Origin: Bacteroidota bacterium
GTDB lineage: Bacteria > Bacteroidota > Bacteroidia > AKYH767-A > OLB10
Reading direction: 5' to 3'
Assembly: GCA_023251535.1 (NCBI GenBank)
Contig: JAHEYP010000011.1
Location: forward strand, 25,104-89,103
DNA length: 64,000 bases
This document shows, one piece after another, positions 48,649 through 58,188 of the stretch (the stretch's first letter is position 1; every line of letters starts with the position of its first letter). Both the position numbers and the translations under genes were made by a program. The notes under the pieces were generated by a model. It searched no databases. It had not been told where the DNA came from and worked only from the letters and a program-made list of their open reading frames with translations.

Positions 48649-50031
48649 ATGAAAAGTACAAAAAGTAAATCGTGGGCAGAGCCATACAGAATGAAGATGG
48701 TGGAACTTTTAAAGATGACCACTCGCCAAGATAGAATCAAGGCAATCAAAAATGCAGGTTACAATACGTTCTTGTTGAATTCTGACGATGTGTATATCGA
48801 CTTGCTAACTGATAGCGGAACAAATGCCATGAGTGATCGTCAATGGTCGGCATTTATGTTGGGTGATGAAGCTTATGCAGGAAGTAAAAGCTTTTACAAA
48901 ATGGAAGCTGCTATTCAGAAGTTCTACGGATACAAATATGTTATTCCTACGCATCAAGGTCGTGGCGCTGAAAACATCCTTTCTAAAATCCTCATTAAAA
49001 AAGGCGATGTAGTACCGGGAAATATGTACTTCACCACTACCCGACTTCATCAAGAATTAGCCGGTGGTATGTTTACCGATATCATTATCGATCAAGCGCA
49101 TGATCCATTAAACGAATTTCCATTTAAAGGTAATGTTGATCTTAATAAGCTCGACAAAATCGTGAAGAAGTATGGCGCTAAGAAAATTCCTTATGTTAGT
49201 ATAGCCACTAACGTTAATATGGCAGGAGGGCAACCTATCAGCATGAAAAACCTGAAGGATCTGTACAAATATACTCGCAAGCATAAAATCAGAATTATCC
49301 ACGACATGACTCGTGTTGCTGAAAATGCTTATTTCATTCAGCAACGTGAAAAAGGTTATGAAAAATCAACTATCCGTGAAATCGTAAAGGAAATTTGTTC
49401 TTATACGGATGGAGCAACCATGAGTGCTAAAAAAGATGCGTTGGTGAACATTGGAGGATTCATGGCAACTAACGAATGGGATGTGTATGAAGAAGCACGT
49501 AACATGGTAGTTGTATATGAAGGATTGCATACTTATGGAGGACTTGCAGGACGTGATATGGAAGCTATTGCTGTGGGTATCGAAGAAAGTTTAGACGATA
49601 ACCATCAACATGCGCGTGTAGGGCAAGTTGAGTATTTAGGAAATAAAATGATTGATTACGGAATTCCGATTGTAAAACCTATCGGCGGACATGGAATTTT
49701 CGTTGATGCTAAAGCATTCTTACCACACTTAACACAAGATCAATTCCCGGCTCAGACACTCGCTGCTGAAATTTATATCGACTCTGGTGTTCGTACTATG
49801 GAACGCGGAATCGTATCGGCAGGAAGAAAAGCGAATGGCGAAAACTATTATCCGAAATTAGAACTAGTTCGCTTTACAATTCCTCGTCGCGTTTACACAC
49901 AAGCGCATATGGATGTAATTGCAGAATCAGCAGCTGCAGTTTTTGATCGTCGTAAATCGATCAAAGGATTACAAATGATATATGAACCTAAATATTTGAG
50001 ATTCTTCCAAGCGAAATTTAAAAAACTATGA
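48649..50031 (+). CDS. PLP-dependent beta-eliminating lyase, tyrosine phenol-lyase / tryptophanase family (closer to Tpl by eye)
   Basis: 460 aa. 'AGYNTFLLNSDDVYIDLLTDSGTNAMSD', 'IPTHQGRGAEN', 'SAKKDALVNIGG', 'GRDMEAIAVG', 'PAQTLAAEIYIDSGVRTMERGI', 'RFTIPRRVYTQAHMDV' align along the full length of Tpl/TnaA. Confidence 0.85.
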   Translation: MKSTKSKSWAEPYRMKMVELLKMTTRQDRIKAIKNAGYNTFLLNSDDVYIDLLTDSGTNAMSDRQWSAFMLGDEAYAGSKSFYKMEAAIQKFYGYKYVIPTHQGRGAENILSKILIKKGDVVPGNMYFTTTRLHQELAGGMFTDIIIDQAHDPLNEFPFKGNVDLNKLDKIVKKYGAKKIPYVSIATNVNMAGGQPISMKNLKDLYKYTRKHKIRIIHDMTRVAENAYFIQQREKGYEKSTIREIVKEICSYTDGATMSAKKDALVNIGGFMATNEWDVYEEARNMVVVYEGLHTYGGLAGRDMEAIAVGIEESLDDNHQHARVGQVEYLGNKMIDYGIPIVKPIGGHGIFVDAKAFLPHLTQDQFPAQTLAAEIYIDSGVRTMERGIVSAGRKANGENYYPKLELVRFTIPRRVYTQAHMDVIAESAAAVFDRRKSIKGLQMIYEPKYLRFFQAKFKKL

Positions 50032-50435
50032 GCCTACAGCCAAAACATATTTATGTTACGCTGTGCACGCTATTTATAGTTTACTCATTCAGCATTTATC
50101 TGCAGCCGTACTTTAAAAATACGGTTGCAGATACAGATGCTATTGCCGCAGGAAGAATTGTATGGCAAAAGAATAACTGTCAAACTTGTCATCAATTATA
50201 TGGACTTGGCGGTTATTTAGGTCCCGATTTAACCGATGTTTATTCGGCTCCCGGAAAAGGAAAAGATTTTATCAGAGCAATGCTTGCTACCGGAATTAAG
50301 CAAATGCCGCCTTTTCATCTTAGCGAAAAAGAATTCGCTCAGTTAACTGCATATTTAAAATCAGTCGACGAAAGTGGAAATGCTGATCCTCGGCAATTTA
50401 AAAAATTAAACACCGGAATGATTGAAGAAAAATAA
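50028..50435 (+). CDS. Membrane-anchored monoheme cytochrome c, NorC-like
   Basis: 135 aa. N-terminal TM, 'CQTCH' heme site, 'KQMPPF' Met ligand region. The ATG overlaps the lyase stop (ATGA). Confidence 0.6.
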   Translation: MSLQPKHIYVTLCTLFIVYSFSIYLQPYFKNTVADTDAIAAGRIVWQKNNCQTCHQLYGLGGYLGPDLTDVYSAPGKGKDFIRAMLATGIKQMPPFHLSEKEFAQLTAYLKSVDESGNADPRQFKKLNTGMIEEK

Positions 50436-51760
50436 TGAACAGCTATCTATCAATCGGTAAAACATTTTTACTAACAGCACTTTTTATTTTGCTGCTTGCA
50501 TTAACTTTTGGATTGTTATCAGCTTACAATTATTTAAACCTCGATTTCTTAAAAGCTTATCCCGGATTTACTGCCTTGCGACCTATGCATGTTTCTGGTG
50601 TGGTATTTTGGATTATACTTGGAGCAACAGGTTGTGTATATTGCGGATTAAGTGAATTTGTCCTCTCCGAAAAAGAAAACATATCGGTAAAAATACAATG
50701 GCTATTATGGTTGTTGGCGATCGCCGGTATTTTTTATTCCTACTTAACTCATCAATTTGGTGGTAGAGAATATTGGGAATTTAATCCTGTATGGGCTTTA
50801 CCAATTGTAATTGCATGGATAATATTTATCTATAACTTCATTAAAAGTGCTCGCCATTTACGTAATTGGCCGGTATATATTTGGATGTGGTTAACAGGAA
50901 TAGTGTTTTTTATGTTCACATTCTTAGAAAACTACTTATGGTTAATTCCTTATTTCCGCGGACATGTAATTACCGACATGACGATTCAATGGAAAGTTAA
51001 TGGATCACTCGTTGGAGCATGGAACCAATTACTTTACGGAACTTCTTTTTACTTGATGGATAAAATACAGAAGAAGTCGAATGTAGGTCACAGTAAACTT
51101 GCCTTCGCAATGTTCTTTTTAGGTTTGTTTAACTTAATGTTCAATTGGAGTCATCATATCTATACATTGCCGACCGAACATTATATCCGTTATATTGGTT
51201 ATGCTGTTAGCATGACAGAGTGGATCTTCTTTATACGCATAATAGCAATGTGGAAGAAAAGTGTTGATGAAATACCGAAAAACTACAGTTATTATAGTTA
51301 CCGATTTTTATTAGCTAGTGAAATATGGGTATTTCTAAATCTCGGTCAAGCCATATTAATGTCGATCCCGGCAATAAATGTATTTACCCATGGAACACAT
51401 ATCACTGTTGCACATTCAATGGGCACTACTATTGGAATCAATAGCATGATCTTAATGGCTGCTTGCTTTGAATTCTTTAAGATAAATATTGAAAATAAAG
51501 CAGCCAAATTCAATAGCTTTAATGCCATTTTCTGGACCATTCAAATTAGTCTGTTTGTATTTTGGTCGTCATTATTGGCTTCCGGAATTGAAAAAGGAAT
51601 TTGGCAATTAAAACCCAACCATGTTCCATTTTCGGAAATGATGAATAGTTTGTATCCTTATTTCGTATCACTATTCTTATCAGGTCTTGTATTATCATTC
51701 GCATTAGCCGCAATGACTTTAAAAATAATCTCAAGACATTTAGTAAAAAACTACGATTAA
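50435..51760 (+). CDS. Heme-copper oxidase superfamily membrane protein, NorB-like (nitric oxide reductase large subunit-like)
   Basis: 441 aa, about 12 TM. 'RPMHVSGVVFW' (helix II His), 'NWSHHIYTLP' (HH pair), 'FTHGTHITVAHSMGTT' (helix X His cluster) parallel NorB 'HTNLLIVW', 'GTGHHYF', 'YTHGTQLTAAHGH'. Start overlaps the NorC-like stop (TAATG). Confidence 0.6.
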   Translation: MNSYLSIGKTFLLTALFILLLALTFGLLSAYNYLNLDFLKAYPGFTALRPMHVSGVVFWIILGATGCVYCGLSEFVLSEKENISVKIQWLLWLLAIAGIFYSYLTHQFGGREYWEFNPVWALPIVIAWIIFIYNFIKSARHLRNWPVYIWMWLTGIVFFMFTFLENYLWLIPYFRGHVITDMTIQWKVNGSLVGAWNQLLYGTSFYLMDKIQKKSNVGHSKLAFAMFFLGLFNLMFNWSHHIYTLPTEHYIRYIGYAVSMTEWIFFIRIIAMWKKSVDEIPKNYSYYSYRFLLASEIWVFLNLGQAILMSIPAINVFTHGTHITVAHSMGTTIGINSMILMAACFEFFKINIENKAAKFNSFNAIFWTIQISLFVFWSSLLASGIEKGIWQLKPNHVPFSEMMNSLYPYFVSLFLSGLVLSFALAAMTLKIISRHLVKNYD

Positions 51761-51787
51761 AATTAAATTTAAAAGAGTTTTAGAAAT

Positions 51788-51830
51788 CAAAACCCGAATC
51801 AAAATAATTAATTTGATTCGGGTTTTAACA
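51788..51830 (+). terminator. Rho-independent terminator after the norB-like gene
   Basis: aaaacccgaatcaaa-ataattaat-ttgattcgggtttt, a perfect 14-bp stem plus T-run. Confidence 0.8.
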
Positions 51831-52244
51831 TTTTATCATTTAGTTTTTCTAATTATTCTACGCGGTCTTGAAACTACTATTGAAAAATAATTTGAAGCTT
51901 GAAGAAATATTAGCAGCATAAATTTTATTAGAAATAGACCAAACAAAACAAACAGTCCAATCAAACCATTTTCGTGCATTAAATCGACTTTAAAAAAGAA
52001 TTTTTCTACGCCAAACGAAGGCCGTGAAACAAATTCGATGTATCAACAAATATTTTTAGAATAGGACACACGATACTGCAAGTATAACCATAATTCCTCC
52101 AAATTATTATGACCAAAGTCAGCATTGTATAAATCCATTAGCCATTCGGCAATTATTGATTTACAGCAGCTTGTTTATAACTAATTCGGACGTGTTTATC
52201 CGATTAATTGAATTGAAATTAAATTTGAAATACAATCTTCAGTC

Positions 52245-52685
52245 ATGATATTTTCCAAAACATGTGAGTACGGAACCAGAGCTGTAATTTACATTGCGCA
52301 ACAAACTAAGAACAATAAAAGAACCAGCTTAAAAGATATTTCAGAACAAATAGGATCTCCCGAGGCATTCACAGCGAAAATATTACAACAATTAGTTAAA
52401 CATAATATCCTTATATCGACAAAGGGTGCCAACGGAGGCTTTGCCGTCGATAAAAAAAAGCTGAAGCGAATAAAATTAATGCATATTGTTTTCGCCATCG
52501 ATGGAGGCGAATACAGAGATATGTGTGTATTGGGATTGAAGAAATGTTCTGCTAAAGATCCTTGCCCGGTCCACCATAAATTTAAGCATGTAAAGAAAGA
52601 TTTGTTGAGTATGTTAAACAATACTACGCTCGACGAACTAACTAATAAAATGAATGACGGTAAGAGTTTCCTTAAACTCGATTGA
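52245..52685 (+). CDS. Rrf2-family transcriptional regulator (NsrR/IscR-like, three Cys for an Fe-S cluster)
   Basis: 146 aa. N-terminal wHTH 'CEYGTRAVIYIAQQ'; Cys triad 'CVLGLKKCSAKDPCPVHH'. Confidence 0.75.
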   Translation: MIFSKTCEYGTRAVIYIAQQTKNNKRTSLKDISEQIGSPEAFTAKILQQLVKHNILISTKGANGGFAVDKKKLKRIKLMHIVFAIDGGEYRDMCVLGLKKCSAKDPCPVHHKFKHVKKDLLSMLNNTTLDELTNKMNDGKSFLKLD

Positions 52686-52739
52686 TCAATAACCAATCTT
52701 CAACAACCATTTTTAAACCTAATTACAAGTAGTAGTGCT

Positions 52740-54881
52740 ATGGAAAAATACGTGATTAAAAGAAACGGAGAATACAAACCACTTTCTCTGTTTAAAATTA
52801 GTGATGCAATTCAAAAAGGATTCACCAGTGTCAATGTTGAATATGACAATAATATCTTTTTAAATGTCATTGAAAAGCTTGCACCTAAAACTACTTGGAG
52901 TGTTGAGGAAATTCAAGATTTGATAGAAAAAGAATTGTTCGCTAGAAATTACTTCGAAGTGATGCGGTCATTTATGATCTATCGTCATACACGTAAATTA
53001 CAACGTGAAACATCTGAGGGAATTCAAGCAGATACAACCTATGTAAATAGTACTCAAACTATAGAAGAGTATATCGAACAAACCGATTGGCGTATCAATG
53101 CGAATGCTAATACTAGTTATTCAAATGCGGGTTTAGTAAATAATGTAGCCGGCAAAATAATTGCAAATTATTGGCTCGATAAAGTTTATACTAAAGAAGA
53201 AGGTTATACTCATCGTAATGGTGATGTACATATTCATGATCTTGATTGCCTCACCGGATATTGCGCTGGTTGGAGTTTACGTGTTTTGTTAAATGATGGT
53301 TTTAATGGCATCCGCGGTCGCGTAGAAAGCAAACCTCCTTCTCACTTCCGTGAAGCCTTAGGACAAATGGCGAACTTCTTAGGCATTTTACAAAGTGAAT
53401 GGGCCGGAGCTCAGGCTTTCAGTTCTTTCGATACTTATCTCGCTCCTTATGTCTTTAAAGATCAATTGAGCTATAGTGAAGTATTAAAGGCTATCAGAAG
53501 TTTCGTGTATAACTTAAACGTTCCTGCACGCTGGGGACAGTCTCCTTTTACCAATATTACTCTCGACTGGGTAGTTCCTGCCGATTTAAAAGAACAAATT
53601 CCTACGAAAAAGAATAATCACCTTTTTAGCAATATTCAAAGCGAACAACTTCTTGAAAAAGCGCACGAAAGAGGAGCTGACCAGTTAATTGATATGCGCT
53701 ATGAGCATTTCCAAAAAGAAATGAATCTCATCAATAAAGCGTATTATACGGTAATGACGGAAGGAGATTCTAACGGACAACCTTTTACCTTCCCAATCCC
53801 AACAGTAAACATTACAGAAGATTTCGATTGGTACGGAGAGAACACTGATTTGCTATTTGAGAATACTGCTAAAATCGGTTCGTCATACTTCCAGAATTTT
53901 ATCGGCAGTCAATATAAAATCGACGAACATGGTAATAGAGTAGAAAATGAAAATGCCTATAAACCCAATGCGGTAAGAAGTATGTGTTGCCGCTTGCAAC
54001 TCGATTTAAGAGAATTACTCAAACGTGGCAACGGACTCTTCGGCAGTGCTGAAATGACAGGAAGTATCGGTGTAGTTACGATTAACATGGCGCGATTAGG
54101 TTATCTGTATAAAGGAAATATTGAAGAACTTTACAAACGATTAGATTACTTATTGGAAATAGCGAAATCTACACTAGAGAAAAAAAGAGTATTTATACAA
54201 GAGATGTATGACAGAGGATTATATCCTTACACTAAAAGATATTTACCGCATTTCAGGAACCACTTCTCTACAATTGGTGTAAATGGAATCAATGAAATGA
54301 TTTTAAATTTCACGAATGAGAAAGATAATATTACAACAGACTCTGGAATAATGTTTGCGTCTAAAGTTTTAGATCATATCCGAACTAAAATGCAAGAATT
54401 CCAAGAGGCAACAGGAAATCTTTATAATCTCGAGGCTACTCCTGCTGAAGGTACTACCTATCGTTTTGCTAAAGAAGACAAAAAACGTTTCCCAGATATT
54501 ATCCAAGCCGGTTGCGAAGAAAATATTTATTACACCAACAGTTCCCAAATTCCGGTCGATCATACCGACGATCCATTTGAAGCATTACTCTTGCAAAATG
54601 AACTACAAACAAAATACACTGGAGGAACGGTGCTTCATCTTTACATGAGGGAAAAACTGAGTACACCAGAAGCTTGTCGTAACTTAATTCGCAAAGTGCT
54701 CTCTAATTTCAGTTTACCTTATATTACAATAACGCCTGTATTTAGTATTTGTCCTACACACGGATATTTAACTGGCGAACATGAATACTGTCCGAAATGC
54801 GACAGCCACTTAATTGAAGAACTCAAACTAAACAATCATCACTATGAACAACCATCAGCAGTTACTGCAACAGCACAATGA
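52740..54881 (+). CDS. nrdD: Anaerobic ribonucleoside-triphosphate reductase (class III) main body; glycyl-radical motif is not in this frame
   Basis: 713 aa. ATP-cone start 'MEKYVIKRNGEYKPLSL', catalytic core, C-terminal Zn-ribbon-like 'CPTHG...CPKC'. The ORF stops at 54881 before any RVxGY motif. Confidence 0.85.
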   Translation: MEKYVIKRNGEYKPLSLFKISDAIQKGFTSVNVEYDNNIFLNVIEKLAPKTTWSVEEIQDLIEKELFARNYFEVMRSFMIYRHTRKLQRETSEGIQADTTYVNSTQTIEEYIEQTDWRINANANTSYSNAGLVNNVAGKIIANYWLDKVYTKEEGYTHRNGDVHIHDLDCLTGYCAGWSLRVLLNDGFNGIRGRVESKPPSHFREALGQMANFLGILQSEWAGAQAFSSFDTYLAPYVFKDQLSYSEVLKAIRSFVYNLNVPARWGQSPFTNITLDWVVPADLKEQIPTKKNNHLFSNIQSEQLLEKAHERGADQLIDMRYEHFQKEMNLINKAYYTVMTEGDSNGQPFTFPIPTVNITEDFDWYGENTDLLFENTAKIGSSYFQNFIGSQYKIDEHGNRVENENAYKPNAVRSMCCRLQLDLRELLKRGNGLFGSAEMTGSIGVVTINMARLGYLYKGNIEELYKRLDYLLEIAKSTLEKKRVFIQEMYDRGLYPYTKRYLPHFRNHFSTIGVNGINEMILNFTNEKDNITTDSGIMFASKVLDHIRTKMQEFQEATGNLYNLEATPAEGTTYRFAKEDKKRFPDIIQAGCEENIYYTNSSQIPVDHTDDPFEALLLQNELQTKYTGGTVLHLYMREKLSTPEACRNLIRKVLSNFSLPYITITPVFSICPTHGYLTGEHEYCPKCDSHLIEELKLNNHHYEQPSAVTATAQ

Positions 54882-55008
54882 AAAACGTACTAAGTGTTTA
54901 GTATTTACACGAGTGATGGGCTATCACCGTCCCGTAGAAAGTTTTAACATCGGCAAGAAAGGTGAACACAAACAACGAACTCATTTCAACGAAAACAAAT
55001 GTTGTTAA
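54844..55008 (+). other. Out-of-frame (+1) ORF encoding the NrdD glycyl-radical segment 'TRVMGYHRPVESFNIGKKGEHKQR'
   Basis: Frame-1 translation MNNHQQLLQQHNEKRTKCLVFTRVMGYHRPVESFNIGKKGEHKQRTHFNENKCC*. RVxGY is the glycyl-radical signature. It overlaps the nrdD 3' end by 38 nt and the nrdG 5' end by 47 nt. Confidence 0.5.
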
Positions 55009-55675
55009 GCCAGTTTATAGCATAACACCGTTTACGCTTATCGACTTCCCCGATAAAACCGCTTGCATTGTTTGGTTTTCGGGATGTAATATGCGTTGCA
55101 GTTATTGTTATAATCCCGACATCGTTAACGGCAAAGGAAAACTGAGCTATGATGATGTATTAGATTTTTTAAGGAAGCGGGTGAATTTATTAGATGGAGT
55201 TGTCTTAAGCGGAGGCGAATGTACCCTTCATAAATCCATCGTTGAATTCATCCGCCAAATTAAAGCTTTTGGAATGTTGGTAAAAATCGATACCAATGGA
55301 TCTAATCCAGAAATGCTTCAAATTTTGATCGAAAATAAGTTGATCGATTTTGTTTCGATCGATTTCAAAGCTCCTGAAGCGAAGTTTGATTCAATAACTA
55401 AGTCGAATTTTAATTCGCAATTTCATGAATCTCTTCATTTGCTTATGTCGTCATCGATTCCTTTTGAAGTGCGAACCACAGTCCATTCCGATCTATTATC
55501 AACGAACGATATAAAAGCAATGTCGGAAGAACTTGTCAATGCAAATTATAAAGGGAAATACTTTTTGCAAGAATTTGTCAGTAATGTAATTACTATTGGC
55601 AATCTCGAAAACCCTGTACGTGAATTTTGCGACTATGAACATATCGAGTCCGCAATCCCAATTGAAATTCGTTAA
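54962..55675 (+). CDS. nrdG: Anaerobic RNR activating protein (radical SAM)
   Basis: 'CNMRCSYC' CxxxCxxC cluster motif, about 230 aa, immediately after nrdD. Confidence 0.85.
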   Translation: MNTNNELISTKTNVVKPVYSITPFTLIDFPDKTACIVWFSGCNMRCSYCYNPDIVNGKGKLSYDDVLDFLRKRVNLLDGVVLSGGECTLHKSIVEFIRQIKAFGMLVKIDTNGSNPEMLQILIENKLIDFVSIDFKAPEAKFDSITKSNFNSQFHESLHLLMSSSIPFEVRTTVHSDLLSTNDIKAMSEELVNANYKGKYFLQEFVSNVITIGNLENPVREFCDYEHIESAIPIEIR

Positions 55676-55825
55676 ATTTATTTATTGTTCGTTTAAACAA
55701 GCATTATTTGACTTTCATCACTAATCTATTTAGCGTGACAAGAGTCATTTTTTGAGGCTATCTCTATTCCTAATTTTAGTCTGTAATTGTCGCTAAATGA
55801 CTTTACTGCTAAACGCTATTTTATA

Positions 55826-56563
55826 ATGAATGGGAAGAAACTATTGATGATTTTTTTATTGGCTGCAATAACAATATCATCTTGCAAAAAAGACGATGAT
55901 ACAACTCCTATAACACCGGCTACTGAATCAGGATTGAAATTATCCATTAACTATACAATCGATAATAAACCCCTCTACATCGACAGTTTCCTTTATACAT
56001 CGGCTGCAGGATTAAACTATAGTATAAACAGGTTTCAATATTATCTGACATCAATTAAATTGATAAAACCTGATAATAGTGAAATCGTTGTTGCAAGTAA
56101 TCATTACTTTGATGCATTCGATGCTACTACATCAACAATAACAGCTTCAAATATACCAGCAGGTAATTATATCGGAATCAAATTCAAAATCGGTGTGGAT
56201 TCTTCTATGAATTATTGGGATTCTCTTCCAATAACGACAGAAAATACAAATATGCTTTGGCCACTCTTAATGGGCGGTGGATATCATTTCTTGAAATTTG
56301 AAGGCTATTACAAAGACGCTGGAAATGACTATGGTTATGCAATGCATCTAGGCACTAATGCATGCATTATTCCAATTTCCATATCCAAGAATATTACAGT
56401 AACATCAAGCAGCGCATTACAATTAAACATGACCATGAATATTAGTGAATGGTTAAAGAATCCAAACACGTTTAATTTTAATACGGATGGCAATTATATT
56501 ATGGGAGATTCTACGGCCATGAATAAAATAACCCAAAACGGACAAGATGTATTTAGCTTCTAA
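55826..56563 (+). CDS. Lipoprotein of unknown function, possibly an MbnP-like partner of the di-heme peroxidase
   Basis: Lipobox 'ITISSCKKDDD'. Sits 5' of, and slightly overlapping, the CCP gene. Start taken at MNGKKLL (55826). Confidence 0.3.
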   Translation: MNGKKLLMIFLLAAITISSCKKDDDTTPITPATESGLKLSINYTIDNKPLYIDSFLYTSAAGLNYSINRFQYYLTSIKLIKPDNSEIVVASNHYFDAFDATTSTITASNIPAGNYIGIKFKIGVDSSMNYWDSLPITTENTNMLWPLLMGGGYHFLKFEGYYKDAGNDYGYAMHLGTNACIIPISISKNITVTSSSALQLNMTMNISEWLKNPNTFNFNTDGNYIMGDSTAMNKITQNGQDVFSF

Positions 56564-56567
56564 GATC

Positions 56568-57629
56568 ATGAAAAATATTATTTATTTATCCGCCGTTCTT
56601 GTAGTATTGACAATGTACTCTTGTAAAAAAGATACAGTTGAGTCGACACCATATACTCCTACCGCATACGAACTAACCGTACCTGACCATTTCCCACCAC
56701 CCTATCTATCAAATGAAAATCCTTTAACTGTTGAAGGAGTACGATTAGGAAGAATGCTCTATTACGACCCTATATTATCGACGAACGGATTATCATGCAC
56801 TGCATGTCACGAACCTAGCAAATCGTTCTCTACGGGCATCTATACTGCTCCTAGCGGAGAAAAAATCAGCGTGCCTCCTCATGTTAATTTAGCATGGAAT
56901 CCCGATTATAACTGGACCGGCTCAGAACCGATCTTAAATCACTTACCGATGGGTGATTTTAGTCCGACAATCTTTAATACCGATATGGCTTTACTTGTTA
57001 CAAAGTTTAAGTCACATGCATTATATCCTACATTATTTAAACAAGCCTTCAATATTGATGATGTAGCTTCATTATCACACCACGATTTACAAGTTAAAAT
57101 CTCATTAGCTATAACTCAGTTCTTGAGAACAATGGTTTCATCAGACACAAAATTAGATCGAGTAATGCGACATGAAGCTACTTTCACTCCACAAGAATGG
57201 GATGGATATGTAACGTTCACAACTGAAACGGGTGATTGTTTCCATTGTCATGGATATCCGTTAATGACAAGTAATATTTACAGCAACAACGGACTTGAAC
57301 TTTCTCCTCAAGGAACTAATCAAGGAAGATATTTAGTCACAGGCAATCCAACTGATATTGGTAAATACAGCATTCCATCGCTAAGAAATATTGAATTGAC
57401 AGCACCGTATATGCACGATGGTAGATTCCAGACGTTAGAAGATGTAGTAGAATTTTATAATTCAGGAGTGCAATGGAATTCACCGAATATTGATCCGATT
57501 ATGACGAAGCCTGCGAAAATCTACGGATTAAATCTAACACCTACACAAAAAGCTAACTTAGTGTTATTCCTTAAGGCACTTACCGACTCAACCTTTATGA
57601 ATAATCCTAACTATGCTAATCCGCTTTAA
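56568..57629 (+). CDS. Di-heme cytochrome c peroxidase family (CCP/MauG/MbnH-like)
   Basis: Two CxxCH sites, 'CTACHEP' and 'CFHCHGYP'. About 350 aa with signal peptide. Confidence 0.85.
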   Translation: MKNIIYLSAVLVVLTMYSCKKDTVESTPYTPTAYELTVPDHFPPPYLSNENPLTVEGVRLGRMLYYDPILSTNGLSCTACHEPSKSFSTGIYTAPSGEKISVPPHVNLAWNPDYNWTGSEPILNHLPMGDFSPTIFNTDMALLVTKFKSHALYPTLFKQAFNIDDVASLSHHDLQVKISLAITQFLRTMVSSDTKLDRVMRHEATFTPQEWDGYVTFTTETGDCFHCHGYPLMTSNIYSNNGLELSPQGTNQGRYLVTGNPTDIGKYSIPSLRNIELTAPYMHDGRFQTLEDVVEFYNSGVQWNSPNIDPIMTKPAKIYGLNLTPTQKANLVLFLKALTDSTFMNNPNYANPL

Positions 57630-57632
57630 AGA

Positions 57633-58184
57633 CTAGGTGCGTTGTTTTCTATTTAAATAAATCACGAGGTAAAGAACATATATTCCTAGGAATAAAGAAA
57701 TCTTTGTTCCGTACTCTGCCCAATTTAGATTTTGCTCAAATCCAGGGTGATTATTAAATATGTTTGCCTGGTAATTGAGCCATTGGATAGATATAATCCA
57801 AAATAAAGCAATTCCTAGCCCTACATAGAGATTTCGCTTTAGCGCAGGAATAAACAACAACAAAGGCAATATTCCATAATTGACAAACGGAATAACTATT
57901 TGGTACCAATGAGGACCATTGATAAAAGCAATAATAAAATCACGCTCTGATTCATTGTTATTCCATCGCGCAAATGAAATATTAGCAATAACGATTGCAA
58001 AAAACACAAGACAAGCCAAGCGAACTAAACGCAAACTAACTTCAGTAAAATCGGATAGCGCTTCTTTACCTTTAATAAGCGTAATGATAAATAGAATTGG
58101 AATTAAACACATCAATCCCAAATAAACGGCATCGTCGACATAAATAATCGACCTAGTTATTTTGGTAAATGTAGCGGCGTTCAT
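57633..58184 (-). CDS. Hypothetical integral membrane protein (4 to 5 TM)
   Basis: Hydrophobicity only. Last gene of the minus-strand run. Confidence 0.3.
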   Translation of the reverse strand: MNAATFTKITRSIIYVDDAVYLGLMCLIPILFIITLIKGKEALSDFTEVSLRLVRLACLVFFAIVIANISFARWNNNESERDFIIAFINGPHWYQIVIPFVNYGILPLLLFIPALKRNLYVGLGIALFWIISIQWLNYQANIFNNHPGFEQNLNWAEYGTKISLFLGIYVLYLVIYLNRKQRT

Positions 58185-58188
58185 TCTT

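Noticed and set aside
50435-51760. 441-aa membrane protein as a TnaB/Mtr-type aromatic amino-acid permease partnering the lyase
   Set aside because: The His pattern (MH in helix II, an HH pair, THGTH...AH) and the preceding CxxCH cytochrome fit the heme-copper NorB family far better than an amino-acid permease.
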